Assembly: GCA_964653655.1 (NCBI GenBank)
Contig: CAZZHG010000005.1
Coordinates: forward strand, 2,631-66,630
From: an uncultured Pseudobdellovibrionaceae bacterium
GTDB lineage: Bacteria > Bdellovibrionota > FAC87 > UBA2466
Reading direction: 5' to 3'
DNA: 64,000 nucleotides
The notes beneath the pieces were generated by a model that ran no database searches, was not told where the DNA came from, and saw only the letters and a list, made by a program, of their open reading frames with translations. Shown piece after piece: positions 17,430 through 26,111 of this stretch (its first letter is position 1; each line of letters starts with the position of its first letter). A program made the translations under genes and the position numbers.

Positions 17430-18655
17430 GTCTCTACAAATCCCGGCAGGTCTGGGCGTGGACCACATCTACGCTACTAGTTTTGTCGCTGATAGGGGTA
17501 CTACTCTGGACACAACACCTAAGACATTCATTCGGACGAATCCTTGAATCAGAGACGAAGCAGGCCATAGAAGCGACGCGGGAAGCAGTTCAGCACGGCA
17601 ACTTTCGGGCGTTTGTCGAATTGCTGGGTACAAGATTTTCCGACCCATACGTGAAAGTAGGATCCGCTTTCGGAAATCTCGAGATGGGCAGTCCAAGTGT
17701 TCTGCCAATCTGTAGTATTCAATCGCTAGAGAGTACATCGATCAAGGTTTGCGGGCCTTCCCAAATACCTTGGAGTCAGGCTTCTATCATTCTATCTATA
17801 TTCCTCCTGCTTTCCTTCGGTGCCCGCTTAGTTCTGACGACTATCGAAGAAAAAGCCATCGCGTCAATGACCTCGACTTTTGCACACCTTGAGCTTCCAA
17901 ATCCCCTCCTAAGCGGGATGACCCCGTTGTTAGCCGGCGTGAGTGACTTGAGACGGTCGGTAGTAGACCTTCAGGAACGTGATCGACGGCTATCGAAAAA
18001 GGCTCAGCTCACAGAAACAGCCCAAAAGGTCGCCCACGATATTCGCTCCCCTCTGTCGGCGCTCAAGGTTTTGGCCTCGTCACCAGAGGAACTCAACAAG
18101 GAAGAAGGAAGGAATCTCTTCCGGATGGCTACCGCCAGACTTGTCGGAATTGTAGACGACTTTCGAGAAAAATCTGGAGACGACCTGGAGATCGTTGACT
18201 TGGTTCCTCTTCTTTCAAGTGGGGTTCAAGAAAAGCTCCTGGAACGAAGTAACCGGCGAGATGTCGCTCTAACGTTGAATATCGAAGCAAAGGAACTCAA
18301 CTGTCGCGTTGAATCCAAGCTCTTTCAACGAGTGTTGTCTAACCTACTCAACAACTCGTTCGAAGCGATACATAGCCGAGGTACCATTCAGGTCACCGCA
18401 GCTGTTCTAAAAGATTCAAAGATTAGGATCGAAATAGTTGATGATGGCGTAGGCATACCAGCCACTATTTTAAACATATTGCGCAAGGAACAGATCTCTT
18501 ACGGAAAAGTGAAGGGCTCAGGATTGGGGTTCAATTCCGCTAGAGAATGGATTCTGTGCTGGGGCGGAAGCATTTCGATCTCTTCCACAGAAAACGTCGG
18601 AACTAGCGTTAGAATCGAACTCCCTAGTAGCGACCTGCAAAGAGCGGGATTCTGA
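17378..18655 (+). CDS. Sensor histidine kinase with two N-terminal TM helices and a roughly 110-aa periplasmic loop.
   Basis: HisKA H-box AHDIRSPLSALKVL. HATPase_c N-box LSNLLNNSFEAI and G-boxes DDGVGIP and GSGLGF. The TM helices are LLVLSLIGVLLW and IILSIFLLLSFGARLVL. The start codon is uncertain and the listed start overlaps the YcaO gene's 3' end. Confidence 0.8.
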   Translation: MGREERRSELVASPPGIGLYKSRQVWAWTTSTLLVLSLIGVLLWTQHLRHSFGRILESETKQAIEATREAVQHGNFRAFVELLGTRFSDPYVKVGSAFGNLEMGSPSVLPICSIQSLESTSIKVCGPSQIPWSQASIILSIFLLLSFGARLVLTTIEEKAIASMTSTFAHLELPNPLLSGMTPLLAGVSDLRRSVVDLQERDRRLSKKAQLTETAQKVAHDIRSPLSALKVLASSPEELNKEEGRNLFRMATARLVGIVDDFREKSGDDLEIVDLVPLLSSGVQEKLLERSNRRDVALTLNIEAKELNCRVESKLFQRVLSNLLNNSFEAIHSRGTIQVTAAVLKDSKIRIEIVDDGVGIPATILNILRKEQISYGKVKGSGLGFNSAREWILCWGGSISISSTENVGTSVRIELPSSDLQRAGF

Positions 18656-18696
18656 CCGGTCCCACCAAATCGTCTATCGAGGTAGATGTTCAGTTC

Positions 18697-18743
18697 AGAA
18701 AAAAAGAGAATGGGCGGCCCCCGTCACCGGAGAGCCGCCCATC
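18697..18743 (-). terminator. Rho-independent terminator for the minus-strand gene 18769..19581.
   Basis: On the minus strand, the hairpin GGGCGGC-N15-GCCGCCC at 18711-18742 is followed by TCTCTTTTTTT. Confidence 0.55.
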
Positions 18744-18768
18744 ATAGACTTATACCAACTTCCGTCGA

Positions 18769-19581
18769 TTAAAACGGGTTGCCCTGGCAAGTGCCCGAAG
18801 AGAGCAGCTTGCGATCGCCATTGCGGGTGATCACATAGACCGCGAACTGAGCGCTACGGCCCACCGCGGACTTCGAGCTCGTGAAGTTCTGCTGGCGCTG
18901 GCGAGGATCGAGAGTGCCACGCACCACATCCGACTGGTTCGTCTGCGGATTGTTGAAATGCACTTCGTAACCCGTCACGCCCGAACCGTTCACCGAGCAT
19001 TCGACATGGCTCTGCTTCTGGAAGAAGTTGCCGCCGAACTTGCCGTTACACTGGCCCGTGATCGCTCCGCCACCATGGTGGTTCTGAGCATCGTTCTGGA
19101 TCGCCCGTTCAAAAGCTCTCCAAGCCTGCTCAACCTCACGAATGGCGAACTGCACGCCGAAACCACCGCGGTTCAAGTTGTCGATAGCGCGGCTGAGATT
19201 CGCGTACTCGTTGTTCTCGAGGCTGCGAAGCGTACGGCCGAAACGATCGTGACCATCCCGATCCTGCAGCTCACGGATGACCTGACGACGAAGAGCGCGC
19301 TCGAGCGTGCTCGCCGCATCGGCAACCTGGTCGAGCTGAGCGACGGCGTTGTTCATGCCCTTCTCGCTGAAGTCATCGGCCTGATCGAAGGCCTGGTCGT
19401 CGAGCTTCTGAATCGCATCGATGAGATTCGAGGCGGCCTGAAAAAGAACGCCCGTCTGATTGGGACGGTGGAAGTGGCTACCGGGACCCCGGCGCCAACC
19501 GTTGTTGTTGTTGTGATTCGGACCATCCGCGACGGCAATCGCCGTCGCAGAAATGAGAAACAGAGCAATGAACTTGGACAT
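18769..19581 (-). CDS. Secreted hypothetical protein (Asn/Gln/Gly-rich).
   Basis: Start at the internal Met with a GGAG RBS. MSKFIALFLISATAIAVADG is a signal peptide. The ORF's upstream extension was rejected. Confidence 0.6.
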   Translation of the reverse strand: MSKFIALFLISATAIAVADGPNHNNNNGWRRGPGSHFHRPNQTGVLFQAASNLIDAIQKLDDQAFDQADDFSEKGMNNAVAQLDQVADAASTLERALRRQVIRELQDRDGHDRFGRTLRSLENNEYANLSRAIDNLNRGGFGVQFAIREVEQAWRAFERAIQNDAQNHHGGGAITGQCNGKFGGNFFQKQSHVECSVNGSGVTGYEVHFNNPQTNQSDVVRGTLDPRQRQQNFTSSKSAVGRSAQFAVYVITRNGDRKLLSSGTCQGNPF

Positions 19582-19756
19582 TTTTGCACTCCTTGAAAGT
19601 GACCCAGGGACACACTGCCGCGCTTCTCCCACCCGGAAACCCAATGCGTCAAACAAGGGAGACGGTAAGTGAAGTCAGAAACTTCAAGGGGCAAAAAAGC
19701 ACCGGGCGGAGTGGTCGCCCCACCCCGCCCGGCTAGTCGTTCATCACAGTTGAGGA

Positions 19757-20170
19757 TCAATTCACAAAACGGCAATTAACTTTGCCGGCATGCTGCCCGA
19801 AAGCAAACGTGCCGTCGAAAAGCTGATGCGAGTCCGCTGAATCGCGGCCGGTATTCGAACGAAAGTAGAAACCGTCGGGCTGACCGATCGGGGTGCGCTG
19901 GAACACGTTGATCGAATGAGCCTTGTGGTAATAGCTCGAAACCGCCAGGCGGCGATTCGTGATCTTGCCCAGGTAGTTCACGCGAATGTTAGCCACGCCA
20001 CTGCCGGCGCCAAAGGGGAAGCCCTCGGTATTCGCCTGAACCGTGAAAGAAACATGCGTCGTACGCGTCGCGTACGGAACCTCGCACTTTATGCGCGAAA
20101 GGGTGGCCCCATGGGCCTGCCCGATGAAAGTAACCGCTCCAACCGCAACCAACTGAACCAACTTCTTCAT
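19757..20170 (-). CDS. Small secreted hypothetical protein (about 137 aa).
   Basis: Internal Met with a GGAGGA RBS. Signal peptide MKKLVQLVAVGAVTFIGQAHG. The ORF's upstream extension was rejected. Confidence 0.55.
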   Translation of the reverse strand: MKKLVQLVAVGAVTFIGQAHGATLSRIKCEVPYATRTTHVSFTVQANTEGFPFGAGSGVANIRVNYLGKITNRRLAVSSYYHKAHSINVFQRTPIGQPDGFYFRSNTGRDSADSHQLFDGTFAFGQHAGKVNCRFVN

Positions 20171-20347
20171 AACTAAGTCCTCCATGCACTCCTTGTAGCA
20201 ACGCCCCCCGGGCAGATCCAATGGCATGATCCGAACGAAATCGTTCTGCGGAATGGGATAAAGAAGCCTTATGACGGTGAGAAGGTTTCCTAATTTGACC
20301 CTCCCCAGGCGCGCCCCTACGGTGCACCCTGAAAGGAAGTTCAACCG

Positions 20348-20608
20348 ATGAAAACACTCATCTTGTCGACGGCCCTGTTACTTTCGATTGGCGCGCAAGC
20401 CGCTCAGAAGCCCTTCCCCGTGAAGGGATACAACACGTTCTCCGATCAGAAAGAAGCGGTGAGCATCATGTATTGGAACTCGGAGAGGATCTGCATGAGC
20501 CGCCAGCCCTCGCGGCTCGCGAGAAAGGTCTCAGAAATTACGTACGCTCTCTACCCCAAGTACTACCCGACGGGAGTTAGCGCGACGGCCTACTTCGTTT
20601 GTGAGTGA
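20348..20608 (+). CDS. Small secreted hypothetical protein (86 aa).
   Basis: An AAGGAAG RBS precedes the start. Signal peptide MKTLILSTALLLSIGAQAA. Its 3' end overlaps the convergent gene by about 78 bp, which lowers confidence. Confidence 0.4.
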   Translation: MKTLILSTALLLSIGAQAAQKPFPVKGYNTFSDQKEAVSIMYWNSERICMSRQPSRLARKVSEITYALYPKYYPTGVSATAYFVCE

Positions 20609-21724
20609 TCGCAATTCCGTCAGAACCGCCTCAGCGAGGAGGCGATTGCCCTCCTCGTTGAGGTGGCCGATGGAGTCCGTGTAGATCGTCTGCGATTGCC
20701 GGCGAAACATCTGAGTGAGATCGGTGAAACGCTCGCCGTTTCGCTTCAGCAAACTTCCGCGCTCGCGAAGCTTCGGATAACCGGCGGCAATCACCTCGGC
20801 GTAGATACTGTCCTCGCGCGCGGCTTCCTCCTCGGAGAGAAGCTTCGAGCCCTTCAAATGCTGATTGGGCTGGAGGAAGTGCAAGTAAGCGATGCCGTGC
20901 TTCTTGCAAAACTCTCCCAGTAACTCGGAGCTGTCGCCCCAGATACGAACGGCCTCGCTCAGGTGAGCGGTCCAGGCGGTGGACCACTTCGCGCGGTTTC
21001 GCCGCTCGTAAGAGACGTTCAGAAAATCCCGCGCTCTCCTATCGAGAGCGGCAAGGGCCCTTTCCTTTCCGTTCGAAGCCGCAATCCGAAGCGCCTTACC
21101 CGTGTTGGGAAGAAGATAGCGCGAAAGCTGTTTCGCCTTCACATCGGCAAACGCCACCGCCCGAAGGCGCAGATAGATTCCCGAAAAGAAAGGCTCCGAC
21201 CGCAAAGCCGAGCGGGTCCAGTCGCGGGGGAACGCAAGCGGAGTTCCGTTCGGAAGATTCTCCGATAGCGCTCCCGCAAGCTCGTTGAAGCCGTCCAAAT
21301 TGACGACGATATCGGGGTAACGGCCCAGCACTCCCGCGTAAGTGAGCGCCATGAGCTGCTGCGGTTGTTTTAGCCCGCCCTTTGCGACCACGCTGAGCTT
21401 CGTCTTTCCCCAAAGTTTCGAAAGCTCGCCTTCCAGATACTCACGCTTCGTCTCGTTCAGGTAGTAGGCGACCGAAGCCCCCGTGAGCAGAACGTGAACC
21501 TTCTCGTCGCCGCGTTCCGGGACCGTGAAGCCCTTTTCCAAATCACTCTTTCCCTGCTTCATCGGCAATCCCGTGTAGGGGTGCATGGGATAGAGGAAAC
21601 TCGACTCGAAGTCCCCTTCGGAAAAATGAACGGCAATGCGCCTGAGAAAACCCAACCGAAGTACCGCAAACGATCCCGCCTCCAATAGAACGAGACCGAG
21701 GGCGAGACTTACTAGAAAGCGCAT
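20531..21724 (-). CDS. N-terminally membrane-anchored hypothetical protein, possibly an SGNH/AlgJ-like fold.
   Basis: N-terminal helix FLVSLALGLVLLEAGSFAVL. A C-terminal DSIGHLNEEG resembles the SGNH block V DxxH motif. The assignment is weak. Confidence 0.5.
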   Translation of the reverse strand: MRFLVSLALGLVLLEAGSFAVLRLGFLRRIAVHFSEGDFESSFLYPMHPYTGLPMKQGKSDLEKGFTVPERGDEKVHVLLTGASVAYYLNETKREYLEGELSKLWGKTKLSVVAKGGLKQPQQLMALTYAGVLGRYPDIVVNLDGFNELAGALSENLPNGTPLAFPRDWTRSALRSEPFFSGIYLRLRAVAFADVKAKQLSRYLLPNTGKALRIAASNGKERALAALDRRARDFLNVSYERRNRAKWSTAWTAHLSEAVRIWGDSSELLGEFCKKHGIAYLHFLQPNQHLKGSKLLSEEEAAREDSIYAEVIAAGYPKLRERGSLLKRNGERFTDLTQMFRRQSQTIYTDSIGHLNEEGNRLLAEAVLTELRSLTNEVGRRANSRRVVLGVESVRNF

Positions 21725-21996
21725 TAGAGAGAAAAGCAGCTGAGCGATTTATAGGTCTGATTCCAGACCGCATGCTGGTCGGTTTGGCAGCATTGAGTCC
21801 GGTGATAGACGGGACTCCAGGCGCAGCTATCGCCGGACTGCGACTTGAAGCAGCGAATCCGGTTGTAGGTCTCTTCCCAAATAGCCTGCTCGTCTGCCTT
21901 GCAACAGATCACCCTGTTGTGAAGCGGGTTCCACTCGCAACGGTTCGCGAGCGCCGGAATCGAAACCAAAAGCGTCATCAGGATAAGAATTTTCAA
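21724..21996 (-). CDS. Secreted Cys-rich small protein with an internal tandem repeat.
   Basis: Signal peptide MKILILMTLLVSIPALA. Two roughly 35-aa repeats share a C-W-x-P-x-x-(N/H)R-x-x-CC-x-(A/T)D-x-x-A-(I/V)W-x-(E/Q)TY-x-x-(I/L)-x-CF pattern, each with four Cys. Its stop overlaps the downstream start in TAATG. Confidence 0.6.
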   Translation of the reverse strand: MKILILMTLLVSIPALANRCEWNPLHNRVICCKADEQAIWEETYNRIRCFKSQSGDSCAWSPVYHRTQCCQTDQHAVWNQTYKSLSCFSL

Positions 21997-22049
21997 GTGG
22001 CCTCCCCTTCCGCGAATAGTAGCACCAACTAAGGTACAATTGATCCCCT

Positions 22050-22484
22050 ATGCCAAACCAACTCGCGTTCCTCGTCACCCTGTCGCTCTCCGTTGCCGTA
22101 ACCCTGACTCAAGCCGCCGTTCCTCCCATGGAAGGCTCGCTGAAGGATCGATTCGAGTCCTGCCGTCAGTGGAAAGATAAGCTGGTTGGCCCGGAGCAGC
22201 GAAAAGGCGCGGTGAAAGGGCAGCACGACTGCACGGTTGCGATGCAAGATGCGGAAAAGGCGATGGAAGTGAAGGACATGTCGCCGGAAATGGCGGCCCT
22301 CATACTGCGCATTGTCGACGTAACGCAGACGACGCCCGCCGAGATGACGAGCTGGAACCGCAAGGCGCGGCCCCTCTGCCGGACGGCGGAGCCCTACTTC
22401 AAGGCGAAAAATACGGACGATAGCGCGAAGGCGACCTATCTCGCCATGTGCCCGGTGCGGGCGGCGAAGATCTTCAAGAAGTAA
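22050..22484 (+). CDS. Secreted hypothetical protein (144 aa).
   Basis: Signal peptide MPNQLAFLVTLSLSVAVTLTQAA. The mature part is charged and helical. Confidence 0.55.
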   Translation: MPNQLAFLVTLSLSVAVTLTQAAVPPMEGSLKDRFESCRQWKDKLVGPEQRKGAVKGQHDCTVAMQDAEKAMEVKDMSPEMAALILRIVDVTQTTPAEMTSWNRKARPLCRTAEPYFKAKNTDDSAKATYLAMCPVRAAKIFKK

Positions 22485-23474
22485 TCAGCGAAGCGGCAGT
22501 TTCAGCTTCATCTCGTAGACCCCGAAGTTACTGGTGCCCTGGGCGGAGCCCGCGATGAATAGCTGGCTGCCTTTTGGCGCGAAGCTGACCAGATCCGCGC
22601 GGAAGTTGTGCGCGTCGGCGAGCAGCGTGCTCACGCCCGGAAGCTGCGGGAAGAAAAGCTGCAAGTCGCTCTGCTTGTTGCGCACGAGTACCACCGGAAG
22701 ATCCGGAGAGAGAATCACGACGTCGATCGGATCGAGGTCGAAGTGGGAGCGCTTACCCTTCTCCCGCCAGAGCACCCCTTCGCCGGTCACGATCATGAGG
22801 GCATCCTGCTTCGGAAAACGAAGAACGGCGTCGAGATCCTTCACGGAGACTCTTTCCTCGAAATCCCCTTCCGCGTCCCACTTGCACGTCTCCAGATTCA
22901 TCCGGTAGAGGCCAATCAAAGATTTCCCGCTTCCCGCCCGGCGTACCGAGTGAAAGTGGGCATGCGGATATATTCCACCTTGAGAAGGATGAAGGCCCGG
23001 CAGCACCGGCGTCATACAGGTTGCCTTCGGCGTGCCGGAGGCGTCTTCCACGCTATAGACCTGATAACGGTTGCCCAGAATCGCGGGCTCCTCGAGCACT
23101 CCGAAGAACTTATTTGAAGTGCGAATCAATTCCGTCGAGGGGCTGAACCAAGGCGGCAGCGCCCGCGGCCGCAGCGAAGCGAGCGGAATGATCACCTTGG
23201 GATCGGAGAAAATCGCAAAGGAACCCGAGGCTGTCGACTGGCAGCTCTCGCTGCTGTACTGAATCAGCCGTCCGTCGCCCTTGTACGTCTGGTAGAGCAC
23301 GCGCTTCTCGGCCTCGAAGGCCATGAGGTTTTCGACGGCTTCCGTCGTGCGATGGTAGCCTTTGCCGGCCACGAAATCGGAAACCAGATCCGGCACCGGA
23401 CACGGGCCGTCGCCTCCAGCGAAAACCGCCGTCGATAAAAACAAAGACAGGGTCATCAAGGATAGGTGCTTCAT
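22485..23474 (-). CDS. Secreted hypothetical protein (about 330 aa).
   Basis: The internal Met gives MKHLSLMTLSLFLSTAVFAGG, a signal peptide. The ORF's N-terminal extension is Arg-rich and overlaps the upstream gene. A 4-bp overlap with the upstream gene's stop suggests an operon. Confidence 0.55.
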   Translation of the reverse strand: MKHLSLMTLSLFLSTAVFAGGDGPCPVPDLVSDFVAGKGYHRTTEAVENLMAFEAEKRVLYQTYKGDGRLIQYSSESCQSTASGSFAIFSDPKVIIPLASLRPRALPPWFSPSTELIRTSNKFFGVLEEPAILGNRYQVYSVEDASGTPKATCMTPVLPGLHPSQGGIYPHAHFHSVRRAGSGKSLIGLYRMNLETCKWDAEGDFEERVSVKDLDAVLRFPKQDALMIVTGEGVLWREKGKRSHFDLDPIDVVILSPDLPVVLVRNKQSDLQLFFPQLPGVSTLLADAHNFRADLVSFAPKGSQLFIAGSAQGTSNFGVYEMKLKLPLR

Positions 23475-24586
23475 TGGTAGAGCCCTCCGAAGGCCCGTTG
23501 GGGAGTGAGCGCGGGGATGAGATTGAGCCGGACACCTTCCCACTCGATGCTGTCCAGCGGAAGCTGAAGCTCCCGAAGCTTCGCGGAAAGGCGCTTGGTC
23601 AAATCCTTTAGGCCCTCGTTGGTGACGGCGAGGCTCTTTGCGGCCTTCTTGATCGTCATCGAAGGAGTGGACTGAAAGAGCTCGATGAGTTTGCGCAGAC
23701 CGTCCTGCTGCACCCTCACGGTGCAATCGGCGTGGGTCAGCTCGATGGCGTTCTTTTTCTCGGCGGTCACGATCGTCCGGCCGGCCAGCACCTTGCGGTA
23801 GTGGCCGTTGAGCGATTCCATCTGCATGGCGACCGTGCGGAACTTGCCCCAGTCCTCGGCGCCCTTGAAGCTCTCGATTTCCGAGCGGGCTCCGTCGAAA
23901 TCCATCATCTTGAGCCGGGCGCGAATGAGCGCGTCTTTCGCCGCCGCGACACAGTACCACTCGCGCTCCGCCTCGCAGACTTGCACGAGCTGCTGCAAGC
24001 CCACCACCGACTCCTGCACCCGGCCCTGATGGCGCAAAACGATCTGGCGCCAGATGAGAAGCAGCTTCGCCAGCCGCTCGTCTTTCGCCGGGAAATCGAT
24101 GGAGTGAATGAGCGAAACGGTTTCGGGATCGGGCGCCATGTGGGCGAGGATCATCGTCGCCTTGATGCGCAAATCTCCGTCGTCCCCGGCGTGAGCGAGC
24201 ACCTGTTGCAGGAGCTCTTTGGCCCGGTTGCGCGATCCCATGTAGAAATGGATGAAGCCTAGCGCGTAGCCCGCGTAGCGGCCCTTCACCTTTTCGCAGT
24301 GAGCTTCGAGGATCGGAATGTAGAACTTCAGCTCTTCCATGCGATCGAGCTCCAGGAGCACGCGGATGAAGTGGCCCATGTGGTCCAGCTGGGAATCGAC
24401 CACTTGAAAGGGCAGCGTCGAGAAAGCCTGATGATAGAGGTGATAGGCCTGGCGAAACTGGTAGGCGAAGAAATACCGCCGCGCTTCGGCCAACTTCTCT
24501 TCTTGAGATGGTCTCATCTGCCTAATCAATTTTCGGGGTGGAAAGAACGTTAGGCTTAACTTTAACACCGGGGATCGGCTTTGCAA
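23471..24586 (-). CDS. Cytoplasmic helical-repeat (TPR-like) protein, hypothetical.
   Basis: There is no signal peptide. The sequence has helical-hairpin-like periodicity and the codon usage matches flanking genes. The start codon is uncertain (M1 or MRPSQEE). Confidence 0.5.
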   Translation of the reverse strand: MQSRSPVLKLSLTFFPPRKLIRQMRPSQEEKLAEARRYFFAYQFRQAYHLYHQAFSTLPFQVVDSQLDHMGHFIRVLLELDRMEELKFYIPILEAHCEKVKGRYAGYALGFIHFYMGSRNRAKELLQQVLAHAGDDGDLRIKATMILAHMAPDPETVSLIHSIDFPAKDERLAKLLLIWRQIVLRHQGRVQESVVGLQQLVQVCEAEREWYCVAAAKDALIRARLKMMDFDGARSEIESFKGAEDWGKFRTVAMQMESLNGHYRKVLAGRTIVTAEKKNAIELTHADCTVRVQQDGLRKLIELFQSTPSMTIKKAAKSLAVTNEGLKDLTKRLSAKLRELQLPLDSIEWEGVRLNLIPALTPQRAFGGLYQ

Positions 24587-24683
24587 AAACCGCCGAAACC
24601 CGCGTTTGCTTTTGTTAATGAGAGATTTCAGTCCCGGCCCCTCCCGCCGCCTGTGGGCGGGAGAGACCGGGCTTTCAGGCTGA

Positions 24684-25919
24684 TTACTTCACGCCGTAGC
24701 GCACGCTGCACGTGCCCGAACCACCGGGGCCGGTTACGGTGCCCGTCGCCGTGAACACCCCGGACTCCACCGGGGTAATCGTCTTCGTGCCGCCCAGCGC
24801 AGGCATCGACTGTCCGATGAGTAGCGCGCTGCTCACCTGTCCCGACGTTTTCATCGTGAGCACCAACGACTCACCGAGACGAATGAAGCTCGGATTGGCG
24901 GCGAGGGCGCACAGCGGCGACTCCACCACCGGGCCGGTGATGTTGACGTAGATCAGCGTCGCGTCGGCGCCGAGCGGGCTTTTCGCGGTCAAAGAAACCC
25001 GGAAGCTTCCCGTCACGGTCTTCGGCGGCGCGATCGTAAGCGTCATGCCGTTGATCTCCATCCACTCGGGAGCGCTCGGATCGAGGTAGAACTTGAGGCC
25101 CGCGATGTTGGGCATGTCGAGCAGCATCGGAAGCTTCTGCTCGTAAACTTCGCCCGACTCCACGCTGTAAGAGTAGAGGCTCTTCTTGAAGTGCGGCTCT
25201 CCCGGCGTGACGCTCTCGCAGGTCGAAGTGACGCCGCAGATGTCCACGTTCTGCGCCTTCGCCGTATCCTTCAGAAACGACTGCACCGACGGCAAAGCGA
25301 GATGGAGGCTGTAGTTGGTGTCCTGGATGTTGCCCTTGCTGTTGATGCCGACCACGCGGAACTTGCCGGCTTCCTTCGCCATCGTCGGCCCGCCGGAGTC
25401 TCCGAAGCACAGAGCGCCGCCGTTCACACGCTTCGAGACGAAATCGCTCTGGGAGAAGGACAGCACGTCCGACTCACCCATGCGAAGCACGCCGTCGTTG
25501 CCGCCGCCGCCGCCCGGAGTCGTGCAGCCGAAGCCGAGCAGAAAGACTCTGTCGCCGACATTCACGGAGCCGCCGATGGAGGCCGGCACCAGTCCTGAAA
25601 TCGCCTGGGGCGTGATGATGAGCCCGACATCCTTGTCCTGGGACGGGTAGTCGGGATGACGGAACCCTTTGCCGACGTAAGTGCGGCCGTCGACCGAGAA
25701 CTCGGCCGAGCCGCCATCCTTCACGCAGTGGGCGGCGAGGATCAAGGCGTTCGGACCGACCACGGTCGCCGTGCAGCTCGCGCCGTCGGCCCTCACCTGA
25801 ATCACTTCGCCGAACATGCCCTTCGGCACTTCGACGCCGTTGATGATGCGCTCGCCGCTCGCTTGAGCGGTCGACGCGAGTATCGTCGATAGAATCACGG
25901 CTGTTTTGAAAAGCTTCAT
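24684..25919 (-). CDS. Secreted trypsin-like serine peptidase (S1 family) with a C-terminal extension.
   Basis: Start at the internal Met with an AGGAGA RBS. Signal peptide MKLFKTAVILSTILASTAQA. Motifs IINGVEV, His in LILAAHC and Ser in CFGDSGGP are present. The C-terminal roughly 150 aa is an extra domain. Confidence 0.8.
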   Translation of the reverse strand: MKLFKTAVILSTILASTAQASGERIINGVEVPKGMFGEVIQVRADGASCTATVVGPNALILAAHCVKDGGSAEFSVDGRTYVGKGFRHPDYPSQDKDVGLIITPQAISGLVPASIGGSVNVGDRVFLLGFGCTTPGGGGGNDGVLRMGESDVLSFSQSDFVSKRVNGGALCFGDSGGPTMAKEAGKFRVVGINSKGNIQDTNYSLHLALPSVQSFLKDTAKAQNVDICGVTSTCESVTPGEPHFKKSLYSYSVESGEVYEQKLPMLLDMPNIAGLKFYLDPSAPEWMEINGMTLTIAPPKTVTGSFRVSLTAKSPLGADATLIYVNITGPVVESPLCALAANPSFIRLGESLVLTMKTSGQVSSALLIGQSMPALGGTKTITPVESGVFTATGTVTGPGGSGTCSVRYGVK

Positions 25920-26111
25920 TTGGTTTCTCCTTCGTTCGAGTTGGTTTTCAATCTCTTCATGATCAAATCTGACACGAAAAATTCTTCCGCCGGAAAATGG
26001 GTCCAAGTTGCCCGGAACAAAAGTTAAGGACTCGACTTCTGGTGACCGAAACCGCGGCGGGTTCATCGCCCTCGCCGCCGCCGTGGCATACTGATGCTTT
26101 AAAGGAAGAAG

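Noticed and set aside
20348-20608. Possibility that the small plus-strand ORF is spurious because of the 78-bp convergent overlap with 20531..21724.
   Set aside because: Kept at reduced confidence because it has a good RBS and signal peptide. The overlap may instead indicate that the minus-strand gene's true C-terminus is shorter.
22485-23960. Full-length 491-aa minus ORF.
   Set aside because: Its first 162 codons are Arg-rich and overlap the upstream TPR-like gene in another frame. The internal Met at 23474 gives a signal peptide with a 4-bp overlap to the upstream stop.
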